From contig JBECUI020000034.1 of assembly GCA_040954595.2 (NCBI GenBank), positions 62,001 through 126,000 on the forward strand: 64,000 nucleotides of DNA. Reading direction: 5' to 3'. Every line of letters starts with the position of its first letter. The stretch's first letter is position 1. Below the pieces are notes generated by a model. It did no database searches. It was not told the origin of the DNA and saw only the letters and a list, made by a program, of their open reading frames with translations. The position numbers were made by a program, and so were the translations under genes. This DNA comes from Balanoglossus misakiensis (lineage: Eukaryota > Animalia > Hemichordata). This document shows, piece after piece, positions 30,375-39,398 of this stretch.

Positions 30375-31703
30375 ATGAACTCAATGGAAACGATTGTATC
30401 ACTCTGTAAGCGACGTGGCTTTGCCTTTGCTTCATCGGAGATTTATGGAGGGCTTGCATCCGCTTGGGACTATGGTCCCATGGGTGTGGAGCTAAAAAAG
30501 AATGTTGAACAATTCTGGTGGCGCGAGATGACCCGCTCACATGAGAATATTGCTGGTCTCGATTCCTCCATTCTTATGCATCCGCGCGTCTGGGAGGCCT
30601 CCGGACACGTGGATGGATTTCATGATCTCATGACTGAGGATACGGTAACACATGAGCGCTATCGCTGGGATCATCTTAGCGAGGAGCAACGGGATACAAT
30701 GGTCAGTCCCAAGGGCAATCCGCTTTCGAAGCCGCGTGTCTTTAATTTGATGTTCACAACCCATTTCGGAGCAGTAGAGGACAGTGCATCGCAGGTGTAT
30801 CTTCGTCCGGAAACGGCACAGGGCATCTATGTGAACTTTCATAACGTCGCTCAAACATCCCGTTTCAAAATTCCTTTCGGCATTGCCCAGACAGGGAAGG
30901 CATTTCGCAACGAAATTGTTACTAAAAATTTTATTTTTCGCACCTGTGAGTTTGAGCAAATGGAGATGCAATTTTTTGTGCATCCCGACCAAGCGGATGA
31001 ACAGTTTCAGTTTTGGAAAAATGAGCGAATGAATTATTACAAGCGGCTTGGCATTCATAGCAACTCTCTTCGCTACCATGAACACGGACCGAATGAATTG
31101 GCGCATTATGCACGAACAGCATGCGATATTGAATACGAATTTCCCTTTGGTTGGAGTGAACTCGAAGGAATTCATAATCGAGGGAACTATGATCTTCGTC
31201 GACATAGTGAATATTCGGGAAAGGATATGAAGTATTTTGATGCGGAAACACAAGAACGATATTTTCCCTATGTAGTAGAAACCTCTGCAGGACTAACCAG
31301 AACTGTGCTTATGCTTATTTGTGATGCCTATCATGAGGAAGATGTAGGCGGAGAAAAACGGGCATTATTGCGCTTCCATCCCGTACTTGCACCTATTACG
31401 GTTGCTGTTTTGCCGCTTGTAAAAAAAGACGGACTTGCTGCCATGGCACATTCACTATATTCCGACCTGTGTCGGGACTATGCGGCATTCTACGACCAGG
31501 GTGGAGCAATCGGTCGGCGTTATCGTAGACAAGACGAGGTGGGCACCCCACTTTGCATAACTGTAGATTATCAGAGTAAGGAAGACAAAACCGTTACCAT
31601 GCGATTTCGTGATTCAATGAAACAGGAACGCCTCCCCATGGAGGGCTTGTTTAGTTATATTCATAACTATCTACGTGAAGCGAGAAGGAATTTTCATGTC
31701 TGA
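30375..31703 (+). CDS. glyQS: Glycine--tRNA ligase, homodimeric (archaeal/eukaryotic) type
   Basis: SEIYGG, DYGPMG, WEASGH, LRPETAQG, GKAFRNEI, EFEQMEMQFF, IGRRYRRQDEVGTP. Confidence 0.96.
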   Translation: MNSMETIVSLCKRRGFAFASSEIYGGLASAWDYGPMGVELKKNVEQFWWREMTRSHENIAGLDSSILMHPRVWEASGHVDGFHDLMTEDTVTHERYRWDHLSEEQRDTMVSPKGNPLSKPRVFNLMFTTHFGAVEDSASQVYLRPETAQGIYVNFHNVAQTSRFKIPFGIAQTGKAFRNEIVTKNFIFRTCEFEQMEMQFFVHPDQADEQFQFWKNERMNYYKRLGIHSNSLRYHEHGPNELAHYARTACDIEYEFPFGWSELEGIHNRGNYDLRRHSEYSGKDMKYFDAETQERYFPYVVETSAGLTRTVLMLICDAYHEEDVGGEKRALLRFHPVLAPITVAVLPLVKKDGLAAMAHSLYSDLCRDYAAFYDQGGAIGRRYRRQDEVGTPLCITVDYQSKEDKTVTMRFRDSMKQERLPMEGLFSYIHNYLREARRNFHV

Positions 31704-32928
31704 TCTATTACAAGTACTACAAGAACGACAATTAATTGCTCAATGCAGCGATTTCAAAGCACTAGGTGAATCTTTGAAGGAAAAGAGCACACTCTATCTG
31801 GGCATAGACCCTACTGCGGCGAGTCTACATGTCGGACATTTACTTCCCATTATGATTGCCATGCATTGTGCGAAGCAGGCACATAGAGTAATTATCCTTA
31901 TTGGCTGTGGAACCGCCCGTATCGGTGACCCCTCGGGCAAGACCGAGTCCCGACCAATTTTAGAGAAAGAAACAATTTCAGGGAACGGTGAAAAGCTCGC
32001 AAAACAGGTCAAATCCCTGTTTGATGCGCATTCTCTTTCTGTTGATGTCATAGATAATGCCGAGTGGTTGGATTCACTTTACTACATTGATTTCTTACGT
32101 ACGATCGGCAAACATTTTTCGGTGAATCGCATGCTGAGTTTTGAGACCTACAAACGTCGCTTTCAGAGCAATGGCTTATCATTTCTGGAGTTTAACTATC
32201 AACTCTTGCAATCCTACGATTTTCTTATGCTTTTTCAAAGACATCATTGTTCCTTGCAGATTGGAGGCGATGACCAATGGGGAAATATTGTCGCGGGAGT
32301 GGATCTTATCCGCAGGATTCACGGAAAGCAAACTTTTGCACTTACCTGCCCCCTTATTACAACCGCAAATGGAAATAAGATGGGCAAAACCGAGAGTGGA
32401 GCTATTTTTCTTGACGGGAATCGAACTATGCCCTACGATTTTTTTCAATACTGGCGTAATATTGATGACAAAGACCTGGCGTATTTTCTCAAGTTGTATA
32501 CATTTGTTTCTCTCAATGAAATTAATTTACTCTGTTCGAAGGGAGCCGCGGAATTAAATCAAGCGAAAGAGCTGCTTGCCTATGAGGTTACTTCCTTTGT
32601 GCATACAAAAAAGGACGCCGATAATGCCCGCACTGCAGCTCGGGAAATATTTTCTTCGGGAAGTCGCGGGGTAGAATACATGCCGCAGCATAGGGTAGAC
32701 CCTTCTGTTTTACATACGGGAATTCTGCTGCCAGATCTTCTGCATGATGCAACACTGTGCAGTAGCAAAAGTGATGCCAGGCGATTGATCCGACAAGGAG
32801 GAGTACAGGTAAACGGGCAACAAGTAAAGCACGAGAGACTACTTATTACTGCAGAGTACTTACAGGAAGGTCGTATTATCCTGCGGGTAGGGAAGAAACT
32901 GTACTGTTCGGTAATTTCGGAGGAATAA
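31696..32928 (+). CDS. tyrS: Tyrosine--tRNA ligase
   Basis: YLGIDPTAASLHVGH, GDPSGK, YQLLQSYDF, QIGGDDQWGNI, KMGKT, C-terminal S4 domain. Confidence 0.97.
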   Translation: MSDLLQVLQERQLIAQCSDFKALGESLKEKSTLYLGIDPTAASLHVGHLLPIMIAMHCAKQAHRVIILIGCGTARIGDPSGKTESRPILEKETISGNGEKLAKQVKSLFDAHSLSVDVIDNAEWLDSLYYIDFLRTIGKHFSVNRMLSFETYKRRFQSNGLSFLEFNYQLLQSYDFLMLFQRHHCSLQIGGDDQWGNIVAGVDLIRRIHGKQTFALTCPLITTANGNKMGKTESGAIFLDGNRTMPYDFFQYWRNIDDKDLAYFLKLYTFVSLNEINLLCSKGAAELNQAKELLAYEVTSFVHTKKDADNARTAAREIFSSGSRGVEYMPQHRVDPSVLHTGILLPDLLHDATLCSSKSDARRLIRQGGVQVNGQQVKHERLLITAEYLQEGRIILRVGKKLYCSVISEE

Positions 32929-32966
32929 CTGCTTATTTCCTTCTTGTACCATATTACTGAGTTTGT

Positions 32967-33368
32967 TTAGTAGTTTTTCCGAGAAAACTTATTTTTCAGC
33001 CAGTTTATAGCACGATGAAAATACCGCATCAAGGGGTTTTTCTTGTATTTGTGCAATAGGCTAAGTTCTTTCTGAGCAGATGTTAACTCCTCGTTAGTAA
33101 AATTTTCACGGTTTAGGTTTTCTTCTATTTCCAATTCCAGTAGCTCATGCACATTGTCGGTGTGCACCATGCGTGCCTCAATTGTTTTATATCCCAATTT
33201 TTTTGCCGATTGTAAGCGACGGAATCCGGCTATGAGGTTATAGTTTTGGTCAATTATGATGGGCTGAATAATTCCATGTTTCTTAATGCTACTCATAAGC
33301 GATTGAATATTGCCAAGATTTTTCCGAACACGAGGCCTAATACGAATTGAATGAATATTTACACGCAT
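32967..33368 (-). CDS. Stand-alone ParB/Srx N-terminal domain protein
   Basis: SIKKHGIIQPI, LIAGFRRLQSA, EIEENLNRENF; no HTH or dimerization domain. Confidence 0.85.
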   Translation of the reverse strand: MRVNIHSIRIRPRVRKNLGNIQSLMSSIKKHGIIQPIIIDQNYNLIAGFRRLQSAKKLGYKTIEARMVHTDNVHELLELEIEENLNRENFTNEELTSAQKELSLLHKYKKNPLMRYFHRAINWLKNKFSRKNY

Positions 33369-33395
33369 TTTCTTACCCTCAGCCCATCTAAAGAT

Positions 33396-35951
33396 CTAAT
33401 CTAAGAGTGGGTTGGTATTATCCTCCGGTTCTAGTAAGTCATTACTTGGAAATTCTGGGTTTATTCCGGCAAGATCAGGTACACTCAAGGTAATATCAAT
33501 ATCAAGGTCAAATGTATCCCCTTCGTTTTGCTTAAATATGTTAAACGAGGAGGAATTCAACGACATACTGCCATACTGGTTACTCAAGTCGTCCTTTAAC
33601 TTGTCCTGCAAGTATAGCGATAATTCTTTATCGCGGGCTTCAATATTCTCTGTAACCCGCGGTTCAGTACCACGAATAAATATTTCTCTATATACCGGAG
33701 CATCATAGTTTTCAGGTGCAAGCTCACCTGTTTTTTGAGTTACCCAACGTTCGCTTATGCCTTCCGGACGGGAAAAATTACGCAGCGGAAGCCCTTCGTG
33801 AATACTTTTCATATAACGTGCCCAAACCGGCCCGGTTGTAACGGCACCTGTCTGATTTACACCAAGTGAGTTTGTTCCGCCCTGATCAAATCCGAACCAA
33901 ATGGCGGTTGTGTAATACGGCGTAAACCCGACTGTCCAGGCATCAGCCCAGTTTTGTGTTGTTCCGGTTTTCCCTCCTGTTGGTTGGTCAAAGCCGCCAA
34001 CAAGTTGTGCAGCATAGTGCAGGGTTCCTGCTTTTACAGTTGTTTGCAGAATATCCGCCATAATATATGCAGTTTGAGGACTAATAATTTGCATCTCTTT
34101 GCCCATGTTCTTTTGTTCTTCCAGTACATCTAATTCAGGGCGAGCAATAATTTGTTGATTCCGATCTTCAATGTACCGAATCATAATAGGCATAATTTTA
34201 CGCCCTTCATTGGCAAAAATAGTGTATGCTCGTGCCATTTCTATAGGCGCAATCGAAACAATACCAAGACCGACAGGGTATTTTCGTACCAAATTACGAC
34301 TAACCATATCCTCTTCGGAAATGCCAAGAAGCTGAGATGCAATATTGAGTGCTTTGGTAAATCCTACCCGTTCAAGAACTTTCAGCGAGGGCACATTCAT
34401 TGATCGTGCCAATGCCTGTCGTGCCAATACTTGTCCTGCCCATTTCCCTCGGTAGTTTTCAGGTTTATAGGGGGTATTATCATCATTCCAGAATACTACC
34501 GGACTATCGTAGAGCATGGTAGCCGGTGTAATAGTCTTATGTTCTATTGCGGCTGCATAGTATAAGGGTTTAAACGATGAGCCAGGTTCAACATAGGCAT
34601 CTAATGCACGGTTAAACTGATTCCTACCCTCAAATGTGCTTCCCCCAATCATGGCTACAATGTATCCGGTTTCATTCTCAATAGTAACTAATGCGCCCTC
34701 TACTGTCGTTTTCTTTTTATTTACGTTTGCCTCCATGTAGGAACTCTGTATCCCGATTCTGAGGCGATCATTCGGTGCCAACCCGATCGAAAGTGTTAGC
34801 ATGTCCGTAATACTGTTTAATGAGTCGCGATATGCAACCTTAGCAAAGTATGGTTGATTACTAGAAGCATCTACCAATTCAGGTATATTAAATGAAAGTC
34901 CGAGAAGATGAACTAAAGCAGTCATTTCTCCGCCCCGTTTCTGGTAGTTCTCTCTGTTTTTCAAGTACTTCAGGTTTGCCTGGGTAATTCCTTCTTGCAT
35001 ATATTTGCTTGCATGTTCTTGAAAATCAAGATCGAGAGTTGTATAAATATTAAGTCCGTCCTTGTTAATATCCCAGCTTCCCAAAAGAATTTCATTTTCA
35101 AGAACATAACGAATATGTTCACTAAAATGACCTGCCTGATTCTTGCGTTCAAAGAATGCAGTTGATGTATTTGAACGGGTAAAGTCGTACTGATTCCAGT
35201 ACTCATAGAAGCTGCTTTCCGACTCGCCCTGTGTCAGATAACCCAGTGATACCATTTGATTCAGTACATGCTCTTGCATAGTTCGTGCACGGTTTGGTCT
35301 GCGTATAGGAGAATAGAGTGACGGGTTTGCAAGTTGAATAACAAGCATGGCAGATTCTGCTGCAGTAACTTCACGTGCCGAGTGCCCGAAATAATACTGG
35401 CTTGCCGCCTCTACACCATAGTTCCCATGTCCGAAATTCATGGTATTTAGATACGTTTCCAGTATTTCGTATTTGCTCCAATTGCGTTCCAATTGCAATG
35501 CCCACCACAATTCTTTTAGTTTACGTGCAAGGGAAAAGTCGCGCCTATCGGCATATAGATGTCCTGCAAGTTGTTGGGTAATGGTGCTCCCACCTGAAAT
35601 AAAATTGCCGGTCAGCATGTTCCACATGGCCCGGGCAATGCCTCGAATACTAAATCCAAGATGTTCAAAGAAGTCCTGATCTTCTCGGGTAATCAGTGCA
35701 TAGATCAGATGTTTGGGAAGATCGTGTACCATAACCAGTTCACGTCGTTCCACTGAAAAGAACTCGGTAATGAGCCGTCCTTTTCGGTCAAACATCTGTG
35801 ATGGTAGAGCAGGGGGCTGTAGCTCGGCACGTGTGGCTGGCAAGGTGTTTTCTACTGCGGCAATGGTAATGCCCAGTAAAATGCCCATCCCCAGAGTACC
35901 CACGACAGCTATAAGAAAAACTATACGTAGAATCTTTGCCCTTTTCATCAT
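33396..35951 (-). CDS. Class A penicillin-binding protein (PBP1A family)
   Basis: Transglycosylase motifs EDQDFFEH, GGSTITQQL, RKLKE; transpeptidase motifs SSFK, SMN, KTG. Confidence 0.95.
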   Translation of the reverse strand: MMKRAKILRIVFLIAVVGTLGMGILLGITIAAVENTLPATRAELQPPALPSQMFDRKGRLITEFFSVERRELVMVHDLPKHLIYALITREDQDFFEHLGFSIRGIARAMWNMLTGNFISGGSTITQQLAGHLYADRRDFSLARKLKELWWALQLERNWSKYEILETYLNTMNFGHGNYGVEAASQYYFGHSAREVTAAESAMLVIQLANPSLYSPIRRPNRARTMQEHVLNQMVSLGYLTQGESESSFYEYWNQYDFTRSNTSTAFFERKNQAGHFSEHIRYVLENEILLGSWDINKDGLNIYTTLDLDFQEHASKYMQEGITQANLKYLKNRENYQKRGGEMTALVHLLGLSFNIPELVDASSNQPYFAKVAYRDSLNSITDMLTLSIGLAPNDRLRIGIQSSYMEANVNKKKTTVEGALVTIENETGYIVAMIGGSTFEGRNQFNRALDAYVEPGSSFKPLYYAAAIEHKTITPATMLYDSPVVFWNDDNTPYKPENYRGKWAGQVLARQALARSMNVPSLKVLERVGFTKALNIASQLLGISEEDMVSRNLVRKYPVGLGIVSIAPIEMARAYTIFANEGRKIMPIMIRYIEDRNQQIIARPELDVLEEQKNMGKEMQIISPQTAYIMADILQTTVKAGTLHYAAQLVGGFDQPTGGKTGTTQNWADAWTVGFTPYYTTAIWFGFDQGGTNSLGVNQTGAVTTGPVWARYMKSIHEGLPLRNFSRPEGISERWVTQKTGELAPENYDAPVYREIFIRGTEPRVTENIEARDKELSLYLQDKLKDDLSNQYGSMSLNSSSFNIFKQNEGDTFDLDIDITLSVPDLAGINPEFPSNDLLEPEDNTNPLLD

Positions 35952-35964
35952 TTGTTCGTAATAT

Positions 35965-35993
35965 ATTATAACTAATAATAGATACTTTTGCAA
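35965..35993 (-). promoter_or_regulatory. sigma70-type promoter for PBP1A
   Basis: Minus strand TTGCAA-N17-TATAAT, 13 nt before the ATG. Confidence 0.6.
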
Positions 35994-36031
35994 GTAATTA
36001 TTGTACCTGTTGGAAACCTTCGCATGGCAGG

Positions 36032-36066
36032 AAATAAAAAAGATCGGTTCATAAATGAACCGATCT
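36032..36066 (-). terminator. Intrinsic terminator
   Basis: Perfect inverted repeat AGATCGGTTCAT/ATGAACCGATCT (36041-36066) followed on the minus strand by a U-rich tract. Confidence 0.85.
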
Positions 36067-36118
36067 AACTCTGTGTATTGTCGGCGTACTTGTAGGAGGG
36101 GGACAGCCCGCCGACATT
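36035..36118 (-). ncRNA. Candidate small RNA with anti-SD loop (hypothetical)
   Basis: 5' hairpin UGUCGGCG/CGCCGACA presenting CCCCCUCCU, a 3' terminator and an upstream sigma28-like promoter; no ORF. Confidence 0.5.
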
Positions 36119-36122
36119 GTTA

Positions 36123-36149
36123 GTATCGACTAAAAGATAAATATAGTAA
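36123..36149 (-). promoter_or_regulatory. sigma28 (FliA)-like promoter
   Basis: Minus strand TTAC-N15-GTCGATAC, same spacing as the flaB promoter in this window. Confidence 0.45.
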
Positions 36150-36224
36150 ATAGTAATATGAAAGTTATTTTATTTATTTTATAAAAAATCTATGAAACCA
36201 CTTAACATTTGTTAAGTAGTTTAC

Positions 36225-37136
36225 CTAGTTATTAACCCTTCTGCTACCAATTGAGGGCAGAAGAGTCAGGGGATCAATTTTTTTTTGATTATGGAGGATT
36301 TCAAAATGCAGGTGGGGACCTGTTGATATGCCCGTAGATCCGACAGTTCCAATTGGATCCATGCGTTGAATAAAATTTCCCTTATTCACATATATTTCAT
36401 CAAGATGACCGTAAAATGTTTTATATCCATTGTCATGTTCAATATAGATATAATATCCCCACATGGAATCAAAGCCGGTCTCACTAATGAACCCTGCGCG
36501 ACTAGCGCGGATTAATGAGCCATTCTCTGCAGCAATGTCTATGCCACCATGGAAATGGTGAAGATTGTTTACCGGATGAGTTCGCCAACCGAAAAAGGAT
36601 GTAATATTGTATTCGATTAATGGAAATGCAAAGAGGGACTGAAAAAACAGTTTTTGTTCGGCATCACTAAATCGGGCTCCCGGAAAGAAGTAAAAAATTT
36701 TTTCGGCATTATTTTCTTCAAGCAAAATCCTGTTATCTGTGCTAAAAAGTTCTTGGTAGTGTGAGTGTAACATAATGTCAAGCTCATTTTGAGGGTTGTC
36801 CGGTACAAATATGCCGGGAATGCTGGGGATCCATAGTTCTCTTCCATGAAGAGCAATCGTGCTGCTCGGAATGCTGTTTAAGCTTGCTATTGTTTCGTAT
36901 GGGATCAGAGTTCGTGCGGCAATTGAAAATAGGGAAACATTGCTATTATTTGTCAGGTAGGTATATATTTGCAGGGGAACAGTTAATTCTTCCGAAGTGC
37001 TGTTTTCCTGTAAGTATCGTTTTATAATATTTTGATGTTGTAAATAGAAGGGGTCATTTATTGTTAATTCTTGTATTATCGGATAGGCAGGCAACCATGA
37101 GACTACAAGAAAGAGTAAGAAAGGGATATATTTCAT
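36225..37136 (-). CDS. M23 family metallopeptidase with degenerate LysM
   Basis: ITSFFGWR.HP, HGGIDIA, YGHL, STGPHLHFE; signal peptide starting MKYIPF. Confidence 0.92.
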   Translation of the reverse strand: MKYIPFLLFLVVSWLPAYPIIQELTINDPFYLQHQNIIKRYLQENSTSEELTVPLQIYTYLTNNSNVSLFSIAARTLIPYETIASLNSIPSSTIALHGRELWIPSIPGIFVPDNPQNELDIMLHSHYQELFSTDNRILLEENNAEKIFYFFPGARFSDAEQKLFFQSLFAFPLIEYNITSFFGWRTHPVNNLHHFHGGIDIAAENGSLIRASRAGFISETGFDSMWGYYIYIEHDNGYKTFYGHLDEIYVNKGNFIQRMDPIGTVGSTGISTGPHLHFEILHNQKKIDPLTLLPSIGSRRVNN

Positions 37137-37519
37137 TGATGAGGCTTGCCTAAAATGAAGCCGCAGAGAAAAAGAAGATATAGAAGGAAAGGGATAACGA
37201 GCCAAGGAAAAGAGGGAAGAAACAGGAGAGTAAGGAGCGGGAGAAACAAGAGTATGCCTCGCTTCTTACCGGTACTGCGCACTTGTTTGATTAATAACAC
37301 AGGTAGCACTACTAAAACAGAAATGCCGATGAGGATGATGCTATACCATTGATTATATGTAGTTGCAACCCACCAGATTGGAAATGAGACAGAGAGGGCT
37401 AGTACAGCAACAATTATTCCATAACGAAGAATGGTAACCAGCATTATGGCCAGTGTTCGGTATCCTCGAAAACAACGAATAACAACTTTGTGCATCAGGT
37501 GAACAAAATTCGCACTCAT
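37133..37519 (-). CDS. Hypothetical membrane protein
   Basis: Several hydrophobic segments; ATGA overlap with the M23 gene; own promoter TTGATA-N17-TATAAT. Confidence 0.65.
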   Translation of the reverse strand: MSANFVHLMHKVVIRCFRGYRTLAIMLVTILRYGIIVAVLALSVSFPIWWVATTYNQWYSIILIGISVLVVLPVLLIKQVRSTGKKRGILLFLPLLTLLFLPSFPWLVIPFLLYLLFLCGFILGKPHQ

Positions 37520-37611
37520 TGCCAGTATTATATACTATGTTCCGTAGTTTATCAATAGGCAAGCAGTTAGAATTTAAGAAGAGTACTTAAGCAAATTTAT
37601 TGTTTAATAAC

Positions 37612-37640
37612 TTGACAAGAATATAAATTACTTTTACAAT
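37612..37640 (+). promoter_or_regulatory. sigma70-type promoter for the cNMP/Crp pair
   Basis: TTGACA-N17-TACAAT. Confidence 0.7.
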
Positions 37641-37704
37641 ACATACAGTATAGAAGTTGGTATTATATACCATAACGTTAGGTGAGAGGGTTGAGAGCAA
37701 CATA

Positions 37705-38757
37705 GTGCCAAGAACAGCGAATTATCGAGCAAATTCAGTAATCTATTTTGAAGGCGACAGGGATGAGCGGGTATATGTCTTGAAGTCTGGTCGTGTTATC
37801 TTGAGTTCGACCGATATTGAAACGAACGAAGTAGTACGAAACCCCGTAAATATAGGTGAATTTTTTGGCGTAAAATCTGCCCTGGGGCATTACCCGAGAG
37901 AAGAGGACGCAATGGTCTTATCAGACAGCATAGTTGTAGTTCTTTCGGTTCCGGAGTTTGAAATGCTTGCACTCAACAATCCGCAGATTGTCATCAAAAT
38001 GTTGAAGGTCTTTTCACATCAATTACGTCGTCTCCATACTAAGGTCCAATCAATGCTGAACGAAAGCAAGACAAGCATTGATGCGGAATTAGGGCTCTTC
38101 CAATGCATTGAATACTATATGAGTATTCACTCATATGAAGCAGCAGCCCATGCTTTAACGCGCTATCTTCAGTATTATCCGAATCATACGCATGCAGGAC
38201 ATGCTCGTCGGTATCTTCAGGAGGCAAATGCGGCCTTGGGTCAAATCCCAAATGGGAGCGCATCTGTTGCAGCCCAAGCAAGGGTTCCTGCTACACCTGC
38301 TACACCTGTTGCACCGCCGCCCGAACCGGTTAGCCAGATTACTTCGCCGCCCCCGCCGACTGCTACTGTAAAAGAAGCAGTAAGCTTTGGTACGGCAAAA
38401 CAGCTATTTGATGTTGGAAATTTTTCCAGTGCGCTTGAACAGTTTCGGAAACTTTTAGGGCAGGTTCAAAACGAGGCTGAAAAGCAAAGTCTTATTCTCT
38501 ACATGGGACGATGTCTTCTTGACAGCGGTCAATATGCGGAATCGATTCGTACGTTTACCCAGATGTTACAGGATTTTGCAGACATCAAAGATATAGATCT
38601 TATTCTGTATTACATAGGCCATGCATATCATGCACTGGGTAATATTCCGAAGGCTGAGGCATTTTTGAAGCGTTCTCTCATGATTACCAAACGAGGGGAG
38701 CCCTTCAAAGAGTTGATACAGCAAGATTTGACACAAAAGGAGGCAGCATCTCTATGA
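37705..38757 (+). CDS. Cyclic nucleotide-binding domain + TPR protein
   Basis: IYFEGD, VYVLKSGRV, GEFFG, PREEDA; Pro/Ala-rich linker; C-terminal TPRs. GTG start at 37705 inferred. Confidence 0.85.
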   Translation: MPRTANYRANSVIYFEGDRDERVYVLKSGRVILSSTDIETNEVVRNPVNIGEFFGVKSALGHYPREEDAMVLSDSIVVVLSVPEFEMLALNNPQIVIKMLKVFSHQLRRLHTKVQSMLNESKTSIDAELGLFQCIEYYMSIHSYEAAAHALTRYLQYYPNHTHAGHARRYLQEANAALGQIPNGSASVAAQARVPATPATPVAPPPEPVSQITSPPPPTATVKEAVSFGTAKQLFDVGNFSSALEQFRKLLGQVQNEAEKQSLILYMGRCLLDSGQYAESIRTFTQMLQDFADIKDIDLILYYIGHAYHALGNIPKAEAFLKRSLMITKRGEPFKELIQQDLTQKEAASL

Positions 38758-39392
38758 ACCTAACGTCTTTTGACAGGTTTGCTGTTGATTTTCGGCAAGG
38801 TCAAATAATTTTTTGTGAATATGAACCGGGCGATACATTTTATCTTATCCAGAAGGGGCGGGTACAAATTACAAAAATTATCGGGTCGATTGAAAAGACA
38901 GTTGACATTTTGAATCCAGGGGAAATATTCGGAGAAATGGCAATTCTGGAAGAAGCCCCCCGTTCGGCAAGTGCAGTGGCATTGGATGCAGCGCGTCTTC
39001 TTGCTTTTAATCGGGAAAATTTTCAAATTCTTATGCGGGGCACACCGCAAATAGCCTTGAAACTGCTTAAACTTTTTTCCAAGCGTATTTTCGATCAATC
39101 GCGACGGCTTATGATCCTCAAACTATCCAACAAACAGGCTCGGGTTGCTGATGTTTTTCTTATGTTAAACGAGGGATTACCGGTAGTCGATGAGAATAGT
39201 GATTCTCGTGTTTTTTATACAACCGTCTCCGATATTGCACATTGGGCTGGAATTTCTACAGAGGAAGCACGAGTGGTTATTAATCAGTTCGCCTCGCAAC
39301 GGAGAATTGAAGTATTTAATGACCATATTGTCGTAAATAACATCCATGATCTCACGCGCTTCGTTCTTTCAAACCGTAAGAAGGAATCCTAG
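38754..39392 (+). CDS. Crp/Fnr family transcriptional regulator
   Basis: IFCEYEPGDTFYLIQKGRV, GEIFGEMAIL, PRSASA, C-terminal HTH (TVSDIAHWAG). Confidence 0.92.
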   Translation: MNLTSFDRFAVDFRQGQIIFCEYEPGDTFYLIQKGRVQITKIIGSIEKTVDILNPGEIFGEMAILEEAPRSASAVALDAARLLAFNRENFQILMRGTPQIALKLLKLFSKRIFDQSRRLMILKLSNKQARVADVFLMLNEGLPVVDENSDSRVFYTTVSDIAHWAGISTEEARVVINQFASQRRIEVFNDHIVVNNIHDLTRFVLSNRKKES

Positions 39393-39398
39393 CGGAAC

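Noticed and set aside
30537-31253. 238-aa antisense ORF within glyQS and many other short nested ORFs
   Set aside because: They lie opposite or within well-supported genes and show no recognizable motifs.
36079-36116. Plus-strand reading of the hairpin as a CsrA sponge (GGA in loop) or small-ORF SD
   Set aside because: Only one clear loop GGA, no downstream ORF, and promoter and terminator polarity both point to the minus strand.
38287-38360. 9-bp repeats (CCTGCTACA) here and AATATCAAT repeats near 57362
   Set aside because: Only 2-3 in-frame copies encoding low-complexity linkers; no evidence of function.
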